Source: Eubacteriales bacterium (GTDB lineage: Bacteria > Bacillota > Clostridia > Oscillospirales > CAG-272). From it: a stretch of 64,000 nt of DNA. A model generated the notes under the pieces. It made no database searches and was not told where the DNA came from. It worked only from the letters and a program-made list of their open reading frames with translations. Positions within the stretch are counted from its first letter, which is position 1. The number at the start of each line of letters is the position of its first letter. Made by a program: the position numbers and the translations under genes. The stretch is taken from contig JAZKZP010000093.1 in assembly GCA_045612715.1 (NCBI GenBank), forward strand, positions 922 through 64,921, written 5' to 3'. This document shows, one piece after another, positions 11,077 through 18,910 of this stretch.

Positions 11077-11077
11077 A

Positions 11078-11116
11078 TTAAAGGCATCGTTTCATACGAT
11101 GCCTTTAAATTTTTTC
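11078..11116 (+). terminator. Rho-independent terminator of the glg operon
   Basis: 13-bp stem ttaaaggcatcgt/acgatgcctttaa followed by TTTTTT. Confidence 0.6.
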
Positions 11117-11199
11117 TAAAAAAACAAAAAACTATTGCTATCTTTAGAAATTTGTGTTAATATTATAATAGGTAAATATGTTTATACATAGGTAGAATT

Positions 11200-11715
11200 A
11201 TGAAACTTATTAATTTATTGATGCTGTGCCTCGCTATTTCTTCGTTTTTTACGTCTTGTAATCAACAAATTGAAGAAAAATATACGGGAATTCTTGCAAA
11301 TGACGATGTTATTTCTTCAATCAGGCAAGATATTGCCGATAAAGAAAATTCTCTTTTGGCGAATGATGGCGACGTGTTTTGGACGGAGTCAGGTAAGCTT
11401 TGGCATAAAAGTCTTGAATGTTCTTACCTTGCAAATTCCAAGAAGATACTTCACGGTAGTGTAGAAGAAGCAAAGCTTGAGGGTAAAGAAAAAGCGTGCT
11501 CAAGATGCTTGGCAGAGCCTTATGACAGTATATATGAGTCGCTTGAAAATAACGAATATAAGCAGGGTGACGTTTTCTTTACAAAAGATGGTGACACTTG
11601 GCACACAAATATTAACTGTATGGTAATTGCAGGCGCAGAAAAGATATATTTTGCAGATGAAGAAACTACAAAATATCTCGGTAAAACTTCCGCTTGCGAA
11701 GAATGTGATAAATAA
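11200..11715 (+). CDS. Small lipoprotein with two internal Cys-motif repeats, function unknown
   Basis: Signal peptide plus lipobox (LAISSFFTSC). It contains two homologous repeats, GDVFWTESGKLWHKSLEC...ACSRC and GDVFFTKDGDTWHTNINC...ACEEC. Confidence 0.6.
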   Translation: MKLINLLMLCLAISSFFTSCNQQIEEKYTGILANDDVISSIRQDIADKENSLLANDGDVFWTESGKLWHKSLECSYLANSKKILHGSVEEAKLEGKEKACSRCLAEPYDSIYESLENNEYKQGDVFFTKDGDTWHTNINCMVIAGAEKIYFADEETTKYLGKTSACEECDK

Positions 11716-11745
11716 GACAAAAAACTAAAAGTCGGAGGGGAAAAT

Positions 11746-12249
11746 ATGACTATCAGACTTGCAGAAAAAAAGGATATTGATAAAATAATGCAAATTATTG
11801 CCGATGCAAGAGAAAGCATTGGACGTCTTGGCATTGACCAATGGCAATATGGATATCCAACAAGGGATATCGTTAAAGAGGATATTATGCTTGAGCGAAG
11901 CTTCGTTGTTGTAGTGGATGACGAAATTAGAGCTACATTTGCTCTTATGCTTCACGGTGAGCCGACGTATAAAAAGATTTATTGCGGAGCTTGGCTCTCT
12001 GACGGAGAATATCTTGCATTACATAGAATAGCAATACAGAGCGCTCATAAAGGCAAGGGAATTGCTGAAGAAATCATTCATTTTATTGGCAATTTTGCAA
12101 ACGAAAACGGATATTCAAGCATTCGTGTTGATACGCATGAGGGCAATCTTCCTATGAGAAAGATGCTTGAAAAGAACGGCTTTGAATATTGCGGAACGAT
12201 TAGATTGCTTGACGGTCAAGAGCGTGTTGCATACGAAAGATTGGTATAA
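11746..12249 (+). CDS. GNAT-family N-acetyltransferase
   Basis: Acetyl-CoA motif A is present ([20 protein letters not shown]), and the length of 167 aa is typical. Confidence 0.8.
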   Translation: MTIRLAEKKDIDKIMQIIADARESIGRLGIDQWQYGYPTRDIVKEDIMLERSFVVVVDDEIRATFALMLHGEPTYKKIYCGAWLSDGEYLALHRIAIQSAHKGKGIAEEIIHFIGNFANENGYSSIRVDTHEGNLPMRKMLEKNGFEYCGTIRLLDGQERVAYERLV

Positions 12250-12250
12250 T

Positions 12251-12718
12251 ATGGCAGACAAAAATTCAATTAAAATAATAGCCCAAAACAAAAAGGCGTA
12301 TCACGACTATTTTGTTGAGGAAAAATATGAGGCAGGCGTTGAGCTTTTTGGTACTGAAGTCAAAAGCATTCGCGCGGGCAAGGTGAACGTAAAGGAATCC
12401 TATTGTGACATCAAGGATGGTGAGGTTTTCGTTCTTGGTATGCACATAAGCCCTTACGAGCAGGGGAACGTGTTTAACAAAGATCCCTTGCGTCCCAAGA
12501 AATTGCTTTTTCATAAAAGAGAAATTTTAAAGCTTTTCGGTCTTGTATCACAAAAGGGATACACACTTGTGCCACTTCAGGTTTACCTCTCAAATTCGAG
12601 AGTAAAGATTGAAATTGGACTTTGCCGAGGCAAAAAGCTCTATGACAAGCGCGAGGATATGGCAAGAAACGATGCAAAGCGCGATATGGAACGCGCATTT
12701 AAATCAAGAAACGATTAA
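12251..12718 (+). CDS. smpB: SsrA-binding protein SmpB
   Basis: [37 protein letters not shown]...[36 protein letters not shown] at 12251 (MADKN) is chosen because the longer ORF from 12167 overlaps the GNAT gene. Confidence 0.92.
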   Translation: MADKNSIKIIAQNKKAYHDYFVEEKYEAGVELFGTEVKSIRAGKVNVKESYCDIKDGEVFVLGMHISPYEQGNVFNKDPLRPKKLLFHKREILKLFGLVSQKGYTLVPLQVYLSNSRVKIEIGLCRGKKLYDKREDMARNDAKRDMERAFKSRND

Positions 12719-12728
12719 GGCGGAAATT

Positions 12729-14222
12729 ATGAATATCAGCTTCGATAACCAAAAATATATTGAATTACAATCCAAGCATATCAAAGATAGAATAGATCAA
12801 TTCGGTGGCAAGCTCTATCTTGAATTTGGAGGTAAGCTCTTTGATGACTATCACGCATCACGTGTGCTTCCGGGATTCAAACCGGATAGTAAACTTCAAA
12901 TGCTCCTTCAGCTCAAAGAGCGAGCAGAGATAGTAATCGTTGTAAATACTGATGATATTGAAAAGAATAAGATTCGTGGCGACCTTGGTATCACATATGA
13001 TCTTGACGTGCTTCGTCTTATTGATGCATTCCGAAATGTTGGATTATACGTTGGAAGCGTAGTGCTTACACGATTTGAGTCAGTGCATCCTGCAGTTGCA
13101 AAGTTTGAAAGAAAGCTCAAAGAACAGGGAATAAAGATTTATCATCATTATACCATCGCGGGATATCCCTCAAATGTTGAAAAGATTGTTAGCGACGATG
13201 GATTTGGCAAAAACGAATATATCGAAACAGAAAGAGAGCTTGTAATCGTTACAGGTCCCGGCCCGGGAAGTGGAAAGATGGCAGTGTGCCTCTCCCAGCT
13301 TTATAACGACAATAAGCGCGGAATTAAGGCGGGATATGCGAAATTTGAGACCTTCCCGATTTGGAATAAGCCACTTCGTCACCCCGTAAATCTTGCTTAT
13401 GAGGCGGCAACTGCCGACCTTAACGACGTAAATATGATAGACCCCTACCACCTTGAAAAATACGGTGAGCTTTCGGTCAACTATAACCGCGACGTTGAGA
13501 TTTTCCCAGTGTTAGATGCGATTTTCAAGGGAATATATGACGGAACATCTCCGTATTTCTCACCTACCGATATGGGAGTAAATATGGTTGGTAATTGCAT
13601 AATCGACGATGACTCGGTTGTTGACGCATCCAAGCGCGAGATTGTTCGCCGCTATTATGATGCACTTTGCAACCTCCGTGATGACGATACAGAAAGAAAT
13701 CGAAATGCCGTTCAAAAGATTGAACTTTTGATGCAACACGCAGGAATTACAAAGGATTATCGCAAGGTTGTAGCTGCAGCTAAAGAAAAGAGTGCCGAAA
13801 CGGGAGCGCCCGCTGCGGCAATCGAGCTTAAAGACGGAAGGATAATCACGGGCAAATCAACGGATTTGCTTGAGTCCGTTTCTGCAATGCTTCTCAACGC
13901 ACTCAAAGAGATAACTTCTATCCCTGACGAAATCCACTTGCTCGCGCCCGAGGTAATCGAGCCCGTTCAAAAGCTAAAATGTCAGTATCTTTCAAGAACA
14001 TATAAAAAGCTCAACGTAAACGAGATTTTGATTGCATTGTCAATCAGCGCGCATACGTCAGCAACAGCGGCATACGTACTTAAGCACCTGCCCGACCTCG
14101 CAGGATGTGATATCCACTCAACCGTAATGCTCTCAAGCGCCGATATCGAAGTACTCAAAAAGCTCGGACTTAACGTTACAAGCGAACCGAAGTATCAGAT
14201 CAAAGAAATTTTCATTGGATAA
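12729..14222 (+). CDS. DUF1846/UPF0371-family protein
   Basis: The N-terminus (FDNQKYIELQSKHIKDRIDQFGGKLYLEFGGKLFDDYHASRVLPGF) is characteristic of UPF0371. The internal ATG at 12729 with an AAGGCGGA Shine-Dalgarno is preferred over 12609, which overlaps smpB. Confidence 0.85.
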   Translation: MNISFDNQKYIELQSKHIKDRIDQFGGKLYLEFGGKLFDDYHASRVLPGFKPDSKLQMLLQLKERAEIVIVVNTDDIEKNKIRGDLGITYDLDVLRLIDAFRNVGLYVGSVVLTRFESVHPAVAKFERKLKEQGIKIYHHYTIAGYPSNVEKIVSDDGFGKNEYIETERELVIVTGPGPGSGKMAVCLSQLYNDNKRGIKAGYAKFETFPIWNKPLRHPVNLAYEAATADLNDVNMIDPYHLEKYGELSVNYNRDVEIFPVLDAIFKGIYDGTSPYFSPTDMGVNMVGNCIIDDDSVVDASKREIVRRYYDALCNLRDDDTERNRNAVQKIELLMQHAGITKDYRKVVAAAKEKSAETGAPAAAIELKDGRIITGKSTDLLESVSAMLLNALKEITSIPDEIHLLAPEVIEPVQKLKCQYLSRTYKKLNVNEILIALSISAHTSATAAYVLKHLPDLAGCDIHSTVMLSSADIEVLKKLGLNVTSEPKYQIKEIFIG

Positions 14223-14227
14223 AATAG

Positions 14228-14260
14228 AAAAGCACCTGCAAATTGCAGGTGCTTTTTGTT
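14228..14260. terminator. Bidirectional rho-independent terminator (ancestral ssrA/DUF1846 terminator)
   Basis: 10-bp stem agcacctgca/tgcaggtgct with a 3-nt loop, A-run on the left and T-run on the right. It directly abuts the displaced ssrA 3' end copy at 14261. Confidence 0.65.
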
Positions 14261-14278
14261 TGGTGGACCCGAGGGGAA
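14261..14278 (-). repeat. Displaced copy 1 of the ssrA 3' terminus (outermost att remnant)
   Basis: tggtggacccgaggggaa is identical over 18/18 nt to 32730-32747, the 3' end of the intact tmRNA gene. Confidence 0.85.
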
Positions 14279-14625
14279 GTCGCTCTTGGATTTTGCGAGG
14301 CAGGGAGCAAAAATTGGTAAGTTATGCTTCGCAAAATTTTTATATTGTTGCGCTGAGATTCTATCACTTCATCGCCACAGACACAAAGTGTCATTCTGGA
14401 GCGCAGCGATAGAATCTCGTGGCGACTCATTCCAGAATGACGCGCGGGATTTCCGAGGGGAAGTCGCTCTTGGATTTTGCGAGGCAGGGAGCAAAAATTG
14501 GTAAGTTATGCTTCGCAAAATTTTTATATTGTTGCGCTGAGATTCTATCACTTCATCGCCACGGACACAAAGTGTCATTCTGGAGCGCAGCGATAGAATC
14601 TCGTGGCGACTCATTCCAGAATGAC
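14269..14625. repeat. Tandem duplication of a 184-bp unit (1.94 copies)
   Basis: 14269-14452 repeats at 14453-14625 with a single mismatch seen (a at 14379 versus g at 14563). Each unit begins with ccgaggggaa, the inner part of the ssrA-derived core. Confidence 0.9.
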
Positions 14626-14758
14626 AACGGCGCAAAATCCTTCGGTCACCGTTCAAAAACAGCGCACTGTGCTGTTTTTTCCCTGCGTTCGATTCCCCTC
14701 ATTTTATGCAACGAAAAACAGCAAGGGAGCACTCAAAAGAGCACTCCCTTGCTATTTT

Positions 14759-14799
14759 TGGTGGACTCGACGCGTAACCCGCCATTTTCTCGGAAAAGG
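14759..14799 (-). repeat. ssrA 3'-end copy 2 (attL-like junction)
   Basis: tggtggactcgacgcgtaacccgccattttctcggaaaagg. It starts with the tmRNA terminus and then matches the element-type arm also seen at 16395-16436. Confidence 0.7.
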
Positions 14800-14803
14800 G
14801 GAT

Positions 14804-16111
14804 TTATTTAATGTTTTCAATATATTCGTAATACTCAATTCCTAAAGCTCCAACATAACGAACCAAAGTGATTCTGTCATTTACATCGTATTCGTCATAA
14901 ACATATGATTTAACAGACATTTTCTCGCCATTATCTTTATTGATAGTTAACCAATAAGATGTACCGCTTTTTCCGGAATGGCTCGTGTGCTTCTCGATAA
15001 CTGTGTATGTGTATTCAGTACCCTCAGAATTATCAAAAACATAATTTGTAGTTTCAATAAATAATGAGGGAAATAGAATACTGATAAAAAATGCCATAAA
15101 GACAGTTAGTGACAAATAACCTATGTACTTCTTTTTGCTGCTTTTGTCTTTATAAAAAATTATGTATATAATTACCGAGATAAGCGCTATTATTCCTGCA
15201 GGAATGAGCAAAATTTTAATATATTCATCATTAAAAACAAAAACGTTATGTCTTAATTCCATTGAATGAATGAATAATGAAAGCAGCGGTATTATTAACA
15301 CTGCAGCTATATTAGCAAAGCATAATTTGTTTTTGGTAAGGAAGTATTTAATAATATAAAATATTGAGTATATAACTAAGGCAAAAGATACTAAGGTGTT
15401 GATTTGCAAATCAGTTTTTAATGGATTATCATATATAAAATAAATCAACAAAAGTGGGTATGTTGTCATAATAATGGCAGATACGATGCTTATTGATTTT
15501 GAAGCGATAAATATGATAGCAAAAAACGCACAAATCAAAAATAGAATTGCAAATATTATGGTAAGTACTGTGTTATAGATAGCAACAGATTTGGTATCAT
15601 CCAATAATATCATAGCTAATGCAGCTAAAGCACTAAAAACAATAGAAAAAATTATACCGAACATTATAACATTTTTGATCTTGCGCGAGTTGATTGGATT
15701 TATATCCATTGTAAATTCATCCACCGATGCTTCAAGGTGAATATGACTTTGTCTATAAGTTTGATCTTTGATAATTTTTAAACCGTAAAAGTCGCCAGTT
15801 CTATTGGCGTGATATTCAAAAAGTTTTTGGAACTTTTTAGTCCAAGGAACAAAAATACCTTTTATCCCGAAATATTTTTTATATTCTTCGTCAACGTCTA
15901 TAGTAGTTTTCCAACCGTTTATTTGCACGAATATTTCTGTATCTTTCCCACCCCAACCTGAATTGTGTACAAGTCCAATTACTATTTCACCGTACCAATT
16001 TTTATAGCAAGGTCTTGATGGATTCATAGGGTCTTTAGTAAATATAAAATCATAGTTTTCTAAAAAGCCAAAAGCATTTTTAATAGCTGCGGCATACCCG
16101 ATTTTTGCCAT
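14804..16111 (-). CDS. Polytopic membrane protein, function unknown
   Basis: 435-aa ORF with a soluble N-domain of about 150 aa, roughly 8 hydrophobic helices and a small C-terminal beta-rich domain. I recognise no motif. Confidence 0.6.
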   Translation of the reverse strand: MAKIGYAAAIKNAFGFLENYDFIFTKDPMNPSRPCYKNWYGEIVIGLVHNSGWGGKDTEIFVQINGWKTTIDVDEEYKKYFGIKGIFVPWTKKFQKLFEYHANRTGDFYGLKIIKDQTYRQSHIHLEASVDEFTMDINPINSRKIKNVIMFGIIFSIVFSALAALAMILLDDTKSVAIYNTVLTIIFAILFLICAFFAIIFIASKSISIVSAIIMTTYPLLLIYFIYDNPLKTDLQINTLVSFALVIYSIFYIIKYFLTKNKLCFANIAAVLIIPLLSLFIHSMELRHNVFVFNDEYIKILLIPAGIIALISVIIYIIFYKDKSSKKKYIGYLSLTVFMAFFISILFPSLFIETTNYVFDNSEGTEYTYTVIEKHTSHSGKSGTSYWLTINKDNGEKMSVKSYVYDEYDVNDRITLVRYVGALGIEYYEYIENIK

Positions 16112-16323
16112 ATCTTCTCCTTATTTGTTATTTTGTAAAATAATTATACAACATATTTACAAAAAATACAATATGAATTATTGCAAAATAAAAGTGTTTA
16201 TTTATAATAAGAGTGCAAAATTGAATACCTAAATATGAAATGTATATATGTTTTTATGTTCAATTATTATATATTCAAAAGTGTACAATTTACATTGTAG
16301 GATTAATCAAAGCACAAAAACCA

Positions 16324-16362
16324 AACACCTGCATAGCAACTAAAGTTTACTATGCAGGTGTT
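16324..16362 (-). terminator. Displaced terminator of a former ssrA 3' end
   Basis: Hairpin aacacctgcatag/ctatgcaggtgtt with a T-run on the minus strand. It occupies the same position relative to TGGTGGA as the functional ssrA terminator at 32645-32698. Confidence 0.55.
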
Positions 16363-16436
16363 CTTTGTAATTTCCCTCGTTACGAGAGATTGATTGGTGG
16401 ACCCGACGCATAACCATTCATTCTCTCGGAAAAGAG
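16357..16436. other. attP-like hybrid junction (ssrA-end copy 3) between remnant B and island C
   Basis: 16357-16406 matches 32692-32741 at 48/50 positions. Its right part matches copy 2. Imperfect inverted arms ccctcgttacgagagattga (16374-16393) and tcattctctcggaaaagag (16418-16436) are centred on about 16405. Confidence 0.6.
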
Positions 16437-16706
16437 TATATGGGTAGAGTCGATAAAATGGGTGTCATATCCGTGATGATAAGGAAATCCATAGGTTAAA
16501 TTAAGTGTGGTTTTAGTGATTTTTATTGATGTGAAGCTTAAGTTATTAAAGCTTGTGTAATAATGGAATGTATAGGGGTCGAGTTACCATCTATCTTCTC
16601 GGAAAGTTGAGCAACGCTTTTAGCCTTGATTTACTTGACCGAAGCAATCTCGGTTGGAGACGAATCCGCCTTTTCCGAGACGTTAGTGGAGAGTTTGATG
16701 GAGACC

Positions 16707-16742
16707 ACAAAAAAGCCCCCTTCTGTTCGTCTGCAGAAGGGG
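16707..16742 (-). terminator. Terminator of serine recombinase 1
   Basis: Stem ccccttctg/cagaagggg followed by TTTTTT on the minus strand, 7 nt after the stop codon. Confidence 0.6.
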
Positions 16743-16748
16743 AGCGCT

Positions 16749-18233
16749 TTAAGCAATGTTTAACTGTATATCTATATGATCGTTTGATACCATGATTTCA
16801 TCAATCATATAGTTTAGATATTTCTTAACTTCAAAACTATCTGTGTTCAGTATCATTTTTCTTATTTTTTGACATAACTTCTTTTTATCAGCATTACTTA
16901 ACACTATCTGATCTTTAGTTAACATATCTAATTCATCTTGAAATACTTGCGTTTCTTTTTTAACGTTTTGTAACTCCGCAACTAAATCGCTATCATAACT
17001 TTTCCTTATGGAATTTAGTATATTCTTTTTAGCCTTGTTCAAGCCAAGAAGTTTATTTTTGAGCTCGCGTATTCTTTTTCTTTCATCAATATTGTTATAA
17101 ATATCTACAATATCAATGTGTTTATACACATATGCTATTAAACTGTTAACAACAAAATAATCAAGATAATCTGCTCTAATCTCTTTAGTTTCACATTTAT
17201 GTCTTTTTTTATTAGGACAATAGTAGTAGGTATATTCAATTCCGTGACTTTTGCGAGCGGTACCTACGAGATTGGCACCACATTTTGCACATTTTAATTT
17301 ACCCATACTGCTAAGAAGATAGAAACGTCGAGCCTTGGATTGAGCAGTACCGCCTTGACGATTGCGCATCATAACTTGAACTCTATCAAATTGGTCTTTA
17401 GATATAATAACAGGGACTATGTCTTCTCTTATTACGTATTCCGCTTCGGGTTTGTACTTGTGTGAATTACGAGTACCTTTACTCGATTTCTTGCTTGCTT
17501 TGTTCCAAATATACTTTCCTGTATATTTTTCTTGATTTAGTATCGAAGAAAAGGAATTTTTATTAAATTTGTTACCAAACTTGGTTTTATATCCACGTTT
17601 GTTAAGTTCGTCAGCCATACAATTATATGAGTAATTATTTTCATATAAATCGAATATCAACTTAACACATTTAGCCTCCTCAGGATTTATTACTAATTTT
17701 CCAGAATGGTCAAAATCATATCCCAAAGGTGGCTTGCCTCCGCAAGTAATACCATCTTCAGCTTTAGTTTTCAAACTATCAAAAGTAACATCTGCTAAAT
17801 TAGAACTGAAGAACTCATTAATAAGGTTGGTTATTCCAAATAACAATCTTCCGTTTTTGTCATTACCTAAAGGTTGTGTTACACTAATTAGAGATATATC
17901 ATAATCTTTAAGCAGAGCTGAGTATTTTATAGCATCTGCCATGTTGCGCGAAAATCTGCTGAAATCGTATACAAGCACTTTATCCCAGGAGGGTTTGTTT
18001 TGAGCATCCAATATCATTTCTTGAAAACTTTGACGCTGGTCATTAGTTCCTGTACAAGCTAAGTCAATGTATTCAGCAACTTTTACCCAATTATTATCGC
18101 TTATATGTTTATCAATATATTCACGTTGGTATTCTATCGAATGTTCACTCTGATTTTCCGAAGAATATCTCATATATGCTACAACGCGATCTTTGAAATT
18201 ATCTTGGTTATTTATGTTAAAAACAACTTTCAT
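16749..18233 (-). CDS. Large serine recombinase 1
   Basis: It has a resolvase catalytic N-domain (VVAYMRYSSENQ...VLVYDFSRFSRN), a recombinase domain, a Cys4 zinc ribbon (CAKCGANL...YYYCPNKKRHKC) and a coiled-coil tail. Confidence 0.9.
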   Translation of the reverse strand: MKVVFNINNQDNFKDRVVAYMRYSSENQSEHSIEYQREYIDKHISDNNWVKVAEYIDLACTGTNDQRQSFQEMILDAQNKPSWDKVLVYDFSRFSRNMADAIKYSALLKDYDISLISVTQPLGNDKNGRLLFGITNLINEFFSSNLADVTFDSLKTKAEDGITCGGKPPLGYDFDHSGKLVINPEEAKCVKLIFDLYENNYSYNCMADELNKRGYKTKFGNKFNKNSFSSILNQEKYTGKYIWNKASKKSSKGTRNSHKYKPEAEYVIREDIVPVIISKDQFDRVQVMMRNRQGGTAQSKARRFYLLSSMGKLKCAKCGANLVGTARKSHGIEYTYYYCPNKKRHKCETKEIRADYLDYFVVNSLIAYVYKHIDIVDIYNNIDERKRIRELKNKLLGLNKAKKNILNSIRKSYDSDLVAELQNVKKETQVFQDELDMLTKDQIVLSNADKKKLCQKIRKMILNTDSFEVKKYLNYMIDEIMVSNDHIDIQLNIA

Positions 18234-18299
18234 TGTTAAATCCTCACTTTCTGTAGTATGATCCCTGCAGTTGAGAAAACTGCAGGGACATTATTCTTA

Positions 18300-18446
18300 T
18301 TACTGTTTCTTGTAAATCTGCACAATGCCAATTAAAGCATCATTCTTCTTACCTTTAATAATAGAACCTGAGGTGCTTTTCGTAGCATCTTTAAATGCAA
18401 GCTTATCACTAAGCTTCTGTCTTGAAACACTTATACTTATTTTCAT
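18300..18446 (-). CDS. Possible 48-aa small protein below the ORF-track cutoff
   Basis: Hand translation gives MKISISVSRQKLSDKLAFKDATKSTSGSIIKGKKNDALIGIVQIYKKQ*. It starts 8 nt after the upstream gene stop and fills an otherwise empty 220-nt gap. Confidence 0.3.
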   Translation of the reverse strand: MKISISVSRQKLSDKLAFKDATKSTSGSIIKGKKNDALIGIVQIYKKQ

Positions 18447-18453
18447 ATTTTTA

Positions 18454-18882
18454 CTATACCTTTTTAGAAGTCATATCTATCAACGCAACCTTTTGACCTT
18501 TAATCATATCAAAGCCGATGTTATTAAAGCTCAACGATGTCACATTTGAATAATCAAGTGCAAAAGTTTCAGTAATCATCTTAACTACTCCTGCGGCATA
18601 GCATATTTTTTTGCCGTCTTGACCAGATGTTGGGCAAGACGCAGATTTTGAACTTATGCTTTTGCTGGAAACGATAAGTGTGTTCTCTGAGGGTACAGGT
18701 AAGAAGTACACTTCGTCTGTTACATTTAAGTCAGCACTTAATGTCTTGCTGAGAGTAATGCGCTTGCCGTTAATATTATTTACGATTGACAAGGAATGCT
18801 TGCCACCGCCAGAAGCTACATTATAATTTTTACCATTTTCTTCAATCATGTTAAGCAACTCTGTCAAATTTAATTTTGTCAT
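18454..18882 (-). CDS. Hypothetical protein (142 aa)
   Basis: The ORF lies in an operon position downstream of the helicase gene. No motif recognised. Confidence 0.5.
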   Translation of the reverse strand: MTKLNLTELLNMIEENGKNYNVASGGGKHSLSIVNNINGKRITLSKTLSADLNVTDEVYFLPVPSENTLIVSSKSISSKSASCPTSGQDGKKICYAAGVVKMITETFALDYSNVTSLSFNNIGFDMIKGQKVALIDMTSKKV

Positions 18883-18910
18883 TATTTTTTACCTCTTTTT
18901 CTTTATTTTA

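Larger units (their letters stand above)
14261..14758. mobile_element. Remnant A: about 0.5-kb non-coding relic of an element integrated at ssrA
   Basis: It lies between ssrA-end copies 1 and 2. It has no credible ORF, contains the 2x184-bp repeat, and ends in its own terminator hairpin (gcaaggga...tcccttgc plus T-run on the minus strand) abutting copy 2. Confidence 0.5.
14759..16394. mobile_element. Remnant B: 1.6-kb islet with a single gene, bounded by att-like junctions
   Basis: It is flanked by junction copies 2 and 3, which share the arm cgacgcRtaacc...tctcggaaaag. It is AT-rich and has no recombinase. Confidence 0.5.

Noticed and set aside
718-11955. Many 60-160-aa antisense or out-of-frame ORFs in the track inside yaaT, holB, the glg genes and elsewhere
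   Set aside because: Each is fully embedded in a longer ORF with clear family motifs and is taken to be a shadow ORF. The same applies to embedded ORFs throughout 33-64 kb.
12167-12250. Extended smpB ORF start
   Set aside because: It would overlap the last 83 nt of the GNAT gene. Conserved SmpB sequence begins at the ATG at 12251.
14269-14625. Possible CRISPR array
   Set aside because: Only two directly abutting copies of a 184-bp unit are present. There are no spacers and no cas genes.
14686-14699. gttcgattcccctc, identical to the tmRNA T-loop/T-stem segment but on the plus strand; possible tRNA or second tmRNA fragment
   Set aside because: The flanks cannot form a T-stem, acceptor stem or cloverleaf. 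A 14-nt match to the near-universal GTTCGA(A/T)TC T-loop is weak evidence. At most it is a relic carried by remnant A.
14212-14845. Five overlapping 65-130-aa ORFs on both strands
   Set aside because: They are translations of the 184-bp tandem repeat and of terminator hairpins. Their peptide sequences duplicate each other, and no ribosome-binding sites are present.
16553-16795. 80-aa plus-strand ORF
   Set aside because: It overlaps the LSR1 3' end and terminator and covers the att-arm-like repeats. It has no Shine-Dalgarno.
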